In this document: positions 24,019 through 37,190 of the stretch, piece after piece
Layout of the letters: each line of letters starts with the position of its first letter
How positions within the stretch are numbered: position 1 is the first letter of the stretch
Source of the DNA: Leucoraja ocellata
Taxonomy: Eukaryota
NCBI GenBank assembly: GCA_036785375.1
Contig: JAWMAR010000391.1
Coordinates: 868,001-932,000 of the forward strand
Direction: 5' to 3'
DNA length: 64,000 nt
The notes under the pieces: generated by a model
Told to the model about the DNA's origin: nothing
The model's database searches: none
Seen by the model: only the letters and a program-made list of their open reading frames with translations
Position numbers and translations under genes: made by a program

Positions 24019-27000
24019 GTAAGTACATAATGCAATATTTTATATTTGTTGTATGTTGTCTTTTGTGCATACCATTGCTTGGTTATAAATATGCACTAAT
24101 GGTGTTTAAGAAAGTGGCATGGTGTTGATGCAAGTGATAAAATAGACATTGTTGTGGTGCCTTTTGTTAATCTCGGGATCATCTTAAAACGTTCAAATAC
24201 AAATTCTAAATTTCAAGTACATTAACTCTTTTATAAATCAACGTGACAACGGTTGTGAACAATACTGTGATGGTTGGTAAATCCATTAAAAAAAATATTT
24301 GTCATAGTGGAAAACTGATCAGAATGTTGAGAGATCTTACTGTTTTTCCATTATTTGAGTAGGATTATTAACTTTAGTATAAATCTTCAAAACAGGTAGA
24401 ATTAGATTTTCCATCTTGACAGAAGGATTAGATTGTAGCCTCAACAGTGCAATACAATCATGTTTAATATTGAGACTTTCTGTTTAAACTTTATTTTAGT
24501 CTGACTTCATTTCAGGTATAATTTAGATATGTACTCCCATAGATGACAAAATAAAACTAAGTGTAGGTTAAATCTGGGTTCCTTTCTCAGCCCTACATTT
24601 TGAAAATATAGTACAAACAATCTAAAAATGCTCTCCTCTGCTCCCTATAATAATACAACAAGGAACCTAATTTTTTCAATGCATCTCAGATTTGTAACTT
24701 GAAAACATTCTGAAAACTCATGCACCTCTCGTCTTTTAGTCTAGCCCATTCTAATTCTTTGTGTCAACACAGTGATCTTTATTTTTAGCAACTTGCTGCA
24801 CCATCTTTTCCTTCCAACCAACTTGTGTTTTTTCCTCCCCTTCTATTTATTGGGTACATTTCCTTGGTTTCTGATTGTCCGATGGTTTCTCATTGAAGTG
24901 GCCAATATCCATAAGAGATTATATTGTGAATACTGACAAGTTGCTTGATTACAGTGGGCATTTTCCTTCAAATATTTAACAAATTCCCTTTTCGGGATGA
25001 TGTTATTGAATTTGCTCCTTTCAGTCCAACAGATAACATTACAGATTATAATTTACTGAGAACAAATCATCTTACAATTCTCCATGTGTTCTGCTTCTGC
25101 AGGTCCATTCTCTCCCTAGACAACACCTCACCCTCTCCCAAACCATTGAAACACAAAATTCCACAGGGACTGATGATCAAACTTCAACTTTCTTGGTCTT
25201 TGTGAGTCAACTGCTTGTGTTAAAGCTTGGTTATCTTTGGATCATTTCTCCACAAGATCACAAATTCGGCCTGGAAAAGGAAAGATCTCACTGGATTTTT
25301 CCTCCGTCATTGAGTTCTTCCTCCATCCGGCCCTACTTTAATTCTCCTGTAGCTGAAGTGTTTCATATTTGCCTGGAAAATTGTATTTGGGGCTTGAAAG
25401 AGAAGCTGTTTGAAATTTTGCCAGTGGAAACATTTGGTTTAACGGTTGAATTATATTATTACCATTTAGTTGCAGAATATGTTTGTGTTCTTCAATTATG
25501 TACCATCGTGGTTTAGCATTTATTTAAAATAGTCATGGAGCATAAAAAACTGGCCCTTTGGCCGAATGTGCCCATGCTGACTGATGCCTATCTACACCTA
25601 TATACACATTGATGCCATTTACCTGCATTTATTATTATTTTTTAATAATATCTACCTCGACCACGTCCTCTGGTCGTTTGTTACATATAAACACCACCCT
25701 TTGTGTGGAAAGAAACTTGCTCCTCAGATCTCCTTTAACTTTTACCCCTTGTTTCCTGGACCTATGGCCTCTAGTAAGACTCTTTTACTTTAGTAAACCT
25801 CTATAAAGTCATCCCTCAACCTCCTTCACGCCGGTGAAAATAAAATCAGCCTATCCAAGCTCTCCCTACAAGTAATGCTTTGACTTGGACCACACCATAT
25901 CTGATAAATAAATTGGAAGTCTATGGTATCGGAGGAACTGAGTTAGAATGGATTGAAAACTAGCTGACAAGTAGAAAATCATTTAAATTAATTGGTACTA
26001 TTCAGACTGGAAGAAGGTAACTAATGGAGTACTACAGAGATCAGTTCTTGGCCCGCAATTGTTCGCTATTTTTATTAACAACCTGTTGGAATGGATGGTT
26101 CTGAATTTGCCAATGTAGGTGGAAGGCTAAGTTGTGGTAATGATACTGGGTTAAAGAAAGATTGAGTGGGCAAAGGATTGAAAAATTTAGTTGGAAAGTG
26201 TGGGGTCATGAACTTCGGTAAGATAAATCAAAATGGCGGATTATTATCTAAATGGAGAGAGACTGCAAGTGAATGAGGTATAGAGGTATCCAGATGTTTT
26301 GGAGCATGAATTATGAAAGGCTAGCAGGCAGGATAAAAAATAATTTAAGATGATAAACTACATGTGGGGTTCATTGCAATGGGGTTGGAGTTGAAAATTA
26401 GGGAGGTTTTGTTACAATTGTACAAGGTGTTAGTGAGTACTATTTTTTTTGGTTTTCCCTTAACCTGTTTTCCCTTCCATTACCTGTTTTGGTCCCTATT
26501 TTTTAAAAATGTCATAACATTGGAGGCAGTGCAATGGAGATTTATTGGCTAATTGCTGGAGTGAACCAAGAGGGAATAAATAATTGGGATCTATATTCCT
26601 TGGAGTTCTGAAGAATGAGTGGGGATGTTATTCAAACATGTAAGATCCTTTGGCCAGTTGTCTGAGTAGATACTAAGATGTTTTCACCAGTAGTGGAGTC
26701 ACAAGCAAGGGGATATTAGCTTGAAGAGTAAGTAGGTGAGGTAACACCAGTAAACTGGGCAAATAAAAGTGATTGTGTAGTTATTACCACAGTGCCCACG
26801 GTGTATTTAATGGGATCCAGCTGTGTGCAAATTGGCTGCTGAGTTTCAGCTCGTTTACTACACATTTTAAGAATTATTTCATGGTTGTAAATGTCTTTGA
26901 GACATCTGGAGATTGTGAAATGCATTTTATAAATGTTAGGTTTTTTCTTGCTATTTTGTGATTAGGTATGCGCCATTTTAAACAGTATAACAGTTCTGTC

Positions 27001-27719
27001 AACAAAAGACAATATAAAATCTTAAATTGATTCAGCTATTTCAGTGTAACTAGAAATTTAAAGCTGATTACCCATGGTAAATATTAATTTTTTGCTCATG
27101 AAGTTAATGGGGAACATATTTCGAAATTATAGCCTGTCAGAAGTTTATATGTGGTTCTGGGTGTAAAATTAATTTATTGTCCAAAAGCCCATTTCCCACA
27201 ATAGCATGCTAATTGGTATCTTGGGCAAGTAAATTTCCTCTTTTTCTAACTATTTGATGTATTTTCCTTCGCAATTCATTCTACCTTATCCACATGATCA
27301 TTTTTGTTGGATTTTAATGAATTGATTGAACGACTGAAAAATACAGCATGGAAACGGGCCCTCTGGCCCACCGATTCTTTTAATCTTCTCTCCATTCCCA
27401 ATTTACTGTTACAGCATTTTGTATGAAAATTACTGGTATATCTGAAGGATCCATTTTCACGGAATTTCTTGATTTGCTTCATACACATTTAAAGATACAA
27501 CACATCTTTATGGAACTCTTACAGTATTGGATATGCTGTACATTACACGTCCAAGCTGCTACAACTATTGCCTGACGTAGGCGAGTTCCTAATATTATAA
27601 AGCATGTACCAGGCGGGGCTACTACTAACAAACACAATAATTGGCTAGCATGCAATAGCCAATCTACAATCCCCAACTGGAATATTTTACTTTCCCATAT
27701 TCTTTCCAAATTGTGTGAT

Positions 27720-27985
27720 TGCGTTAATTGGCCTCTATAAATTGCCCCTAGTGTGAAGGGAGTGGATGTAAAAGTGGGATAACATAGGACAAATGTGGGT
27801 ACAAAAAATTGCTGGAAAAACTCAGCGGGTGCAGCAGCATCTATGGAGCGAAGAAAATAGGCGACGTTTCGGGCCGAAACCCTTCTTTAGACTCAAGTTC
27901 AGACTATAGAACAAATGTGAATGGGTGATCAATGGTCGGCGAGGACACATTGACCAAAGGGCCTGTTTCATCACTATCACTAAAA
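27720..27985 (+). mobile_element. V-SINE 3' half interrupted by a Penelope fragment (27798-27905)
   Basis: SINE sequence resumes after an ATAGG/AACAAATGTG duplication (27784-27797, 27906-27919). Confidence 0.7.
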
Positions 27986-28307
27986 CTACACCCTCAAAAG
28001 GGAATTACATAGCATTTTGACAGTTGATGGAGGGAAATCATTTTAATTTTAATTAACAAATGGTAACCATAACACAAAGATTTATGATGTTTGGCAAAAG
28101 AAACACTGTATTGGGGGATGGAATTTTATCGTATGGAATGCACTGTTTTGTGGAGAGGCAGATCATCTTTTGTCTAATTGGTTGACACTGATTTGATGTA
28201 ACATTTTGCTCGGAAGTGTAGGATTTACTTTGCACTTCACATGTCTGTGCCACTTATTTTCAAAAAGTAATTTGTACTTCCAACTCCGTTTTATTTTTTG
28301 CTTTTAG

Positions 28308-28390
28308 CAAGAAGTGATGAAGTTTACAGATCCAGAAAAACTCTACCTCTACCTTCAGTTGCCTTCTGGTCTCAGCAATGGAAACAAAAG
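28308..28390 (+). CDS. RFX7: RFX7 coding exon 3 (QEVMKFTDPEKLYLYLQLPSGLSNGNK)
   Basis: TTTTAG acceptor, AG|GTAATG donor; EKLYLYLQLPSG motif of the RFX5/RFX7 N-terminal domain. Confidence 0.96.
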
Positions 28391-28470
28391 GTAATGTCGA
28401 CATGGATATTCTTTTACTCTTTATATAGCTTTTCAAGGAACTATATGTTTATAAATAGTAACTACTTATA

Positions 28471-28989
28471 GGGTGATTTCACCAAAGGTCAAATGAGCGT
28501 AGATCCCCCCTCACGTGACCGAAAATTTTAACTGGAGGACATATCTCAGTTTGGTACATGTTAGTGAATGGGGAAACACGTACTTTCCCACCCGTTAAAA
28601 ACATGGAATTAATGGAGTTAATAATCCCTTACTTTTGATGAAATTCAGCGAGCAAACGCGATAATTCCCGATATTTTGGACCTGTAAATCACCACGGCAA
28701 ATGTTTGCTGTTCACTTCTGCTGTTTTCTACCTTCAGTTCCCTCTTGTAATTACCTTACTTTCTATCTTTTTTTTGCCTAAAAATTTAGGTCGCTGTGCT
28801 TCACGGTCACCCCGACAAGCACAGAAAATGTCAGCTCAAAAATCGGCCGTTTTCCATGTTTTTAACGGGTGGGAAAGTGCGTGTTTCCCCATTCACTAAC
28901 ATGTACCAAACTGAGATATGTCCTCCAGTTAAAATTTTCGGTCACGTGAGGGGGGATCTACGCTCATTTGACATTTGGTAAAATCACCC
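28471..28989. mobile_element. Non-autonomous DNA transposon (MITE) with 138-bp near-perfect TIRs
   Basis: TATA|GGGTGATT...AATCACCC|TATA; arms 28471-28608 and 28852-28989 are reverse complements with only a few mismatches. Confidence 0.9.
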
Positions 28990-30927
28990 TATAGAAAATA
29001 AGCGACAACAAATGCTCGCAAGTCAATTAAACTTTAAAGAGGAATCAATCATTTTGTTATAAACAGATGCTGAGTAACAACAGTCAAATAGAAAAGAGGT
29101 ACACCATTTAATTATTTTTGTTTTAAAAATAAAAATTACTTGGTTCCAGACAAGTAGCTCATAAGCTTAATTTTAGCAACCTATATTTATCATGTTATGA
29201 TAGTCGTAGGATCCACAAGTGAATAACTTAACCTTTTGTGCACTTCTCATTAAAAACTTGAATTTTAAAGCAGTTTGTGTTAATTATTAATTTTTCTCGA
29301 TATCTTTTGATATTGCGCTCTTGAATTGATGAACCCTGACCAATTTTCAACAGGATACTAGTTTGAAGCACAGCGTTGATATGTAGCAGCACATTCACAC
29401 TGCTACGTTTCTAATCATATCCTTGCTCTGCAGGTTGAAAGGGAAACTATTTCAGATGGGAAGTCTGAGTGGTCTTTCAGCCTGAGACATTGCCTGAAAA
29501 TAGATTTGATAAATTTAGAAAAATACTTCTTTTTGGCAGCAGGCAGTTCTGGAAGCAATAATGGTGGAAGAAAATGTCTACTTGTTCATTCTCCTCCAAT
29601 AGATGAATATGATGTTTGCTCAAATTGCAAAATAGGTGGGAGTAGACAAACAAGAAAACTGGACCAAGTTGTTCGCTTGGACTCTGCAGTCCATCACAAC
29701 GTGAACTGTGTGTAAATTAACATGTTGAAGTAATTGTATCACAACTACTGCATGATTGGTTTCCTTTAACAAATGATGCAGCTGTAAGTGGCAGTTTTGA
29801 AGTCTGGTAGCTTGATCATTTTCACCTGTTTAAATGGCAAGTTACTACAAGTTTACTGTGCGCATGTAGCTCTGGCCTGGCTCCAGGTATTATCTACATT
29901 TGAAATGTGCAAATTGTTATCACTCTAAAATAACCATAAACAATCGGTTTAATGGGATGTGCTGTATATCTTCTGGAAAATAGAAGATAAACATCCCATT
30001 AAATCTCGTTGAAAGGTTTGATTCGAGGGTATTTACTACGAGAGCAGGAACAGTATGGAGCTAGGGGGTCATAAATGAGAGACCATCACAACTAATCCAA
30101 AAGGGAATTTGGGAAATAATACTTTATGTAGTGTTTAGCATGTGGCACATACCATTTTAAAAAGTAGATGAGGCATTTAAGAAGAAGCTAGATATATATG
30201 AGGGAGTAAGGAATGAAAAATACATTGCGTTAGCAGAAGAAAAAGTGAGAAGTTCAATTCCAAATATATCCTTTTGGGTCAAACAGTCTATTTCTCTGTT
30301 GTAACTGCTGTACAGTTATAAAGCAATAATACTGATTAGGCAGTTCTACTCAGGTCAAAAGCTAGCTTTATACTGTAAGAGCACCAGATTTATTATATCA
30401 TTCATCAAAATTGTCATGCAGATAAACAATCAGTATGATTTTTCTTACATTTTATGTTGGGATAGGGTTAGAAAATCTGCTTCCTTTGAGCTTTATTCCA
30501 ACAACTTAATCAGCCGCATAGTAACATATATTTCTAATCTATTTTGTAGACTATAATAAATATTGAGGAATATAATTACAAGTAAGTTTTTTAATATTAA
30601 AATAGACAACTGTTATAAAAAAATAGTTTAACTTGGTTTTCCTGATTTATTAGCAACTGGAATAAGGAAAACAAATTAAAATGTTAAAAGCTATTAAGTT
30701 TATTATCAGAAATCTTTATTGTCAGAAATAATTGAAATTGTATTATGAGAAAGCGGCCTGTCAATTAATTAATTAATTAATTTGTGAGTTGATTAGCTTG
30801 TCACAAATTCCAAAAGGTTAGATTTAATGGTAACTTTTCTCCTGTTTCTAAAACCAGAAAACCTTCCCTGTGCATCTTGCTTAATTTCTATGTTGCAACT
30901 ATGCTAACATTTCTTCGTTGTTTGCAG

Positions 30928-31050
30928 CAATCCAAGCTCTTTGTCTTCAAGCCGTACTCTGCAAATGCATGCATGTAACTGGATCCGAAATCATTTGGAG
31001 GACCACCCAGATACTTCACTGCCCAAGCAAGAGGTTTATGACGAATACAA
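30928..31050 (+). CDS. RFX7: RFX7 coding exon 4, start of RFX DNA-binding domain ([24 protein letters not shown])
   Basis: TTGCAG acceptor, AA|GTGGGT donor, 123 nt, RFX winged-helix sequence. Confidence 0.96.
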
Positions 31051-32474
31051 GTGGGTATTACATTAGAAAACGTAAATGACCAAGTGAAATATAGATTACA
31101 GACAGACTTTAAACATGGTTTGTAGTTTATAAATGATGCATCAGTGAAGAGCTTCATAACTTAACTGATATATAAATGTTCTACAATTTTTCATCCTTGT
31201 AATATACTTTGCTAATTAAGGATAATTTAGATTTCTTTAAGATTAATCCGTTGAATCTTCAATCTTTTTTACTCTCGCAGATGTTTCTGTTATTCGTTAA
31301 CGTTATGGGACAGAGCCATAACAACAGATAATTCCGTTTCTTCCCTTTTGATAAATATTGTTTGTTTATTGATCTAATCATGGTTATGAAAACATAAATA
31401 CATCGAGGAGCAATGATTTGCCCGTAATATTCTTTGTTATCTATTGTTAAAAGGACAACCTATTTTTCAGGATATTGGATCTTCTGCTGTTAGAACATTT
31501 ATGAAAAGATATGAGGAGCTATAAAATAATTTGGTTACAACTAATGAAGAATGCAATACCTGGAAGCAAATAGCATATTTTGTAAAGAGTTATGTTTTGC
31601 ATTTTGTAAAATACACTACTAATACTTTGATTAAACCGCATTGGACTGGTCCTTCCTTGCTGGATTTGCAGCTTACAGTCTGCCCAAGGCCATACTTAGT
31701 TAAGCCAGATGACGAAGGCAAGTGCTGTTGGCTCACCAGATATCAGGATCCAGCATTGTTGAGGGATGGTGACTCAGCCTCTGGCAGCTTGGCCTTAAAT
31801 GTTCCTGACAGGATTTAGTTACATTTGAAAAAAAATCGAGCCATTTTATCACCCCTCGGACCCCTGCATATGTGTATTCACTGAATTCTGTATCTGGAGC
31901 GAGCTTCCAGAGGAAGATATTGAGGCAGATACAATTACCCATCACTGGGCCCTCGCCTTTCTTCACGTCTGACGCCTGGGACAAAATCCCAGTGTGTTTT
32001 AAGCTTTTTCCTTTTCTCTTCCCCCTCTCCTCCCCCAAATCAAACTCCTCCTGACCCAAGTAATATAATGCTAGGGAAAACACAGTAATACTGACTCTCG
32101 ATCTATCATAAAGTTATAAACTTTGGCACTTCACAGACCTACAATTATCTTGAACTTCAGTTTGAAAGTGTCAGATGATCTATGATAGTGATTCACATGG
32201 ATCCACCAAAAAATGATCATGATTAGTACAGCTATTTTTCATCATTTGGAATCATAAAATGAGGCAAATACTGAAAACGTCAAATCATCAACCTAAAACG
32301 TAACTGTTTTTCTCTCCACAGATACTGCCTGAGCTGCTAAGAATGTCTAGAATATTCTGGTTTTATTTCAGATTTCAAGCATCTATGGCATTTTACTTTT
32401 GAAATTTGATTATTATTATTTATGCAAGGTAGTTGTGCCTGAAAGCAGGTGAGTTCATTGAAAGATGATCTGCC

Positions 32475-32890
32475 CTAGAATTTAGGAGATTGAGAGGGGA
32501 TCTTATAGAAACTTACAAAATTCTTAAGGGGTTGGACAGGCTAGATGCAGGAAGATTGTTCCCGATGTTGGGGAAGTCCAGGACAAGGGGTCACAGCTTA
32601 AGGATAAGGGGGAAATCCTTTAAAACCGAGATGAGGAGAACTTTTTTCACACAGAGTGGTGAATCTCTGGAACTCTCTGCCACAGAGGGTAGTTGAGGCC
32701 AGTTCATTGGCTATATTTAAGAGGGAGTTAGATGTGGCCCTTGTGGCTAAGGGGATCAGAGGGTATGGAGAGAAGGCAGGTACGGGATACTGAGTTGGAT
32801 GATCAGCCATGATCATATTGAATGGCGGTGCAGGCTCGAAGGGCCAAATGGCCTACTCCTGCACCTAATTTCTATGTTTCTATGTTTCTA
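32475..32890 (+). mobile_element. Young CR1-type LINE 3' end
   Basis: LRGDLIETYKILKGLD...TRGHSLRI C-terminus; (TTTCTATG)n tail. Confidence 0.88.
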
Positions 32891-34694
32891 TACCTCTAAC
32901 ATTCCATACACTTTTTGTAAAATTACTTCATTTTCAAGATTGATAAAATCATAAATAATTTGGAACAGAGAAGATGACCATAATGAAAAAAAGAGCTCCC
33001 CGAGATCCATAACTCTACAGGTCAGGGCTCTTCAAGCAATCGTCCAAATATTGTTTAAATGCGATAAGTTATCCGTGCACTCATTTTAAGCAGTGAGAAC
33101 TCTGCACTCTAATTCCTCCACCAAGTGCCTTAAATCCGTACACCCTAACTTTTGACCCTTCTGCTGAAGGACTAGATCATTCCCATTTATTCTACCAGGC
33201 CATTCATTTTAAAATGATCTTCCCTCTGTCATATTTCTAATGAAAGTACCCATTGGTTATCCAGTTTTCAATTCCTGGTTCAATTTTCCTGGCTTGGCAA
33301 CATCTTTGTAAATTTCTGAATCCTATAATCTTTCCTATCGTGTGATATTTGCTATATAGAGACAAGTAATAACAGCAGAATCTGATTGATAATAGTTGTA
33401 AAAAATGTTGTGCAAAGTAATTTGGTAACTGGAGTACATCACAATGAATGCTTTCAACAAGAACTTTGTTAACTACAAGATTTGCAGGTAGCCTTAGGAT
33501 GGGATGACTTCTGAGGTTTCAACATTTTAGGTAGTTGGAAGTAGGAAAGGTTTGTCCAGAAATGCTTAAAGCGCAACCATAAATTGTTCTCCTGAAATGG
33601 TTTCCAGCTGCCCGGTCGGTATCCGCAATGCAGTTTTGTGACTGATTAGCCGCAATTTTTTAGCAAGTTGATTGAGAGTCTTTGTGGCACAAAGATCCAT
33701 TGTTATTCCTATTCATGAAATGGAACGTCACTCTGTTCAGTTCAGACTAGAAGTTAGTTATAAGAACAACAATGTCAGTGCTCATGGCGGCAAACTGAAT
33801 TTAAAACCATTCACCATTAAAACCATTTTTGTCACCACCCGCTGAGTTTCTCCAGCATTTATGGCAAGTCTGAAGAAAGGTTTCGACCCAAAACGTTGCC
33901 TGTTTCCTTTGCTCCATGGATGCTGCCTCGCCCTCTGAGTTTCTCTAGCATTTTTGTCTACCTTAAACCCATTAATTCTGGTCCTTAATTTCAGTGGTTA
34001 ATAACCTACATAGGCTAATAATCTAAGACTGCGCATTATAATCTTCAACCATGCATCTGAGCAGTTCATTAGTTTTCAAAGGCTTGTGGGCATTTCAAGG
34101 ACACAAGGCTGAACTAACAGATTTTCCTCATTAGTTTATGTTAGTCCCTGTTAAAACCTAACGCATTTATAATCGCTTTTTATATGTTACGCAATATCAT
34201 AATCAATTTCACAATAAACCAGCAAGTTTAAACGGAGTTGGGGAGATGGGTTCCCATTTGGTTCAAGGAGAGCATGGAAACTAGGGCTCTGGTGAGTTTA
34301 AAGGACAGTGGAGAATATGCCCAGCCTGATCTGCCAGGCTAGTCTTCCTACTTGCATTTCACAACGCATATATTTTTTTGTCTTGTTTCCTTTTTCTCCA
34401 ATTGAAATATAGAAAATAGGTGCAAGAGGAGGCCATTTGGCCCTTTGAGCCAGCACCGCCATTTATGGTGATCATGGCTGATCATCCCCTATCAATAACC
34501 CGTGCCTGCCTTCTCTCCATATCCCTTGACTCCACTAGCCCCTAGAGCTCTATCCAACTCTCTCTTAAATCCATCCAGTGACTTGGCCTCCACTGCCCTC
34601 TGTGGCAGGGAATTCCATAAATTCACAATTGCTCCCATTTACTCCTTGACGAGATAACATTGTTTACAGTTTATCCTCGTGCCACTCCTGAAGT

Positions 34695-34722
34695 CTGAAG
34701 AAGGGCCACGACCCGAAACGTC
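34695..34722 (+). ncRNA. Minimal type I hammerhead ribozyme motif (Penelope-associated)
   Basis: CTGAAGA-A-GGG ccacga CCC-GAAA-CGTC: CUGANGA and GAAA cores, helix II, palindromic ACGU helix III, GUC site. Confidence 0.65.
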
Positions 34723-35599
34723 ACCTTTTCCTTCGCTTCATAGATGCTGTCTCACCCGCTGAATTTCTTCAGCTTTTTTGTCTACCTTCGATTTTTCCAG
34801 CATCTGCAGTTCTTTCTTAAACAAAGTAAGGTAACATATGACTTTGTAATTATAGCCATGTTGGATTTGATCCAAGGCAAAACCAGATTCATTGTATAGT
34901 AAAATGGACAATATAGCTTAAAAAATTGAGATTTGTTTGCTAGTGCTGTACTAGCAGATTTTCTGGAGTATTAAAAGCCACTACTATTAATACACAAATG
35001 CATTTTCATTTCATTTTTTAAAAACATTTTACACAGTAGTATAATATGTGAACAGGAAATATACAAGCACTGTGGACCTTTGCTGTGTTTGCAAGGCTAC
35101 ATGCTTCCTGACCCCCTGGTGTTTCAGCCCCAACCCTGTTTGCAGCTGCACAACGGCCCACTCTCCAGCATTCCTTTCTGACCGTGCTGCTGACCCCTGG
35201 CTCCTGTCACATTGCCTGATCACATTTTGGAATTCTGGCACACACTCTGGACTAACGAATGATTTCTGAACTATCCAGATTGTCAGAGTTTTATTTGTTC
35301 TGCAGTGTTTAACGTGTTGCCAGGGTCAGTGTAATTACTGGAGCACTTTAGATACGACAACATGCTTTGTGTTATATATGGTCCTCAGGCAAAAAGATTT
35401 TGTGCCTGTCTCTCCACTAGTTAAAACTTACAGCACCTCTTGTTCCCACGTGGCCTTTCAGCCAAGTACTAACGTCCTAAATCTACTTATTACTTGGTTT
35501 CTGAGATGCCATCTGGGTGGCAGTACCTTAGCATTTAAACAAATCAGTTATCGAGTACATAAATACACAAACTTGTAATATAAATGGCCTTCCTTTCAA

Positions 35600-37190
35600 A
35601 ATCCCTATTGTGTATACTTAGTGAGTAGTGATTTAGCCTGCAGCAGAAAGTTCTGCAGTTTCTATGAACCACCCTGTGGTGTACTTGAATGGTGTTGGGG
35701 AAATTTGCATACAGTAGTTCCCTATAAGCGAGCTTGGTATCTCTCGTGCGCAATGAATCATGGGATTTGTCAAAGGTCATTCGGGATAAACAAAGAGCAT
35801 TGCCAGTGATTGCGAACGCAGTGCTTTATAAACTGTGTACGTATTGGGCGGAACTGTGTAAAAATAACATTTCCGGTCTGAGTTTTCGTCTTTTTTGTAT
35901 CTTAAAATGATAGCAAGCAACCCTCTATCGCGTGTACAACAACCATGACATGCCACCTAAATAATCATCTAGCATGTTTTTATCAATTATTTGCAATTCC
36001 AAAGCACTATGATTTTCCCCAACATTTTATCTCTACCTGGTACATGAAGAATTATTTGAAAACTACCCAGCAGATATGCCAAATGAGTTCCCGACATGCA
36101 TCCTGGAACTAATCCAGACACACATACAGTATAACTATTATTAAATAGTTATTGTGGCTTGAAGAAACAAATTATCTTAAAATTGTTTATACAAATGCAA
36201 CTACACTGGGCCTTCACAAAGTAAATGTATAGTTCAGTACTGTCATACTTGCGAGAAACACCATGGCGCAGCTTCATCAACACAAGTACCATTTCATCCT
36301 TGATGCTGAGTTTTGACCTGGGTCCAGATTTCTTTGGAGATTGTTTAAATGTTCTTGGTACTTTAGTACTAACGACTTTTTTTCTTCCTATCCCAATATT
36401 GCATTTTCATTGCTTTATGTTTCACATGCTCGCATAGGTCTTCGAAGAAAGCCTTGTCAATCTTCTCGCATTTTTGTCGGCCTTGATATTGCTACAAAAA
36501 GAGTTTTTAGCTGCAGCATTCTTCAGTTTTAATTTCAATTCTTCTACCTTGCCTTCCAAAATTTCAACTTTGTCGGTCAGTTTGTTTATGTCCTTCTGTT
36601 TTTGGATGCATCCCTTGCAAGTACACTTCTCTTGACTGCTGCATTTGTACACATACACATGATCTACAGCAAATGCTCAAATGCTTGTTGACTTGTCCGT
36701 CATCAATGTGTTGGTCAACATTGGTTTGCTTTACACAACTTTACTTACACATGTACATGCAGAATTCATTCAGAAGTCAACAAATGTGCATACAGCCCAT
36801 GACTGTGGACTAGTATAGTAAGAGGTGAAAACCCCGCAAATACTTTTCATATTATCTATTGATAGTTATAGAAATCATACATTTTATTTCATTCTCCCCA
36901 CCCCCCCTCCAAAAAAAACCCAATTAAAAATGGTTATTCATTGTCACGATCTCGCTCACTCAAGCGAGCCAGCAAGTGACCAAGGAAAAGCCAATAAAAT
37001 TTGAACCATATATACACCTAGTTAATAGTTTTGAAAGCAGTATTTTCTTACCTCGAAGAAGCAAAACTGGAAAATACATATGAAACGAAGGTCAAAACAA
37101 TTATCGATCGTAGCTCAGCTGGCGAGAATGTTTGTCCCGAATGACCCACGACCTGGGCAAACTCACGCATGCGCAGTTGTAATACCAAAC
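35600..37190 (-). mobile_element. Degenerate PIF/Harbinger-ISL2EU-like DNA transposon fragment
   Basis: Minus-strand translation gives a coiled coil, then MQYW...KSGPRSKLSIKDEMVLVLMKLRHG and SFGIS, resembling the HTH_Tnp_4 region; frameshifted; ends not found. Confidence 0.5.

Noticed and set aside
31640-31800. Possible p53/AP-1 intronic enhancer (AGGCAAGTGC, TGACTCA)
   Set aside because: Only an imperfect half-site and a 7-mer, both expected by chance in 64 kb.
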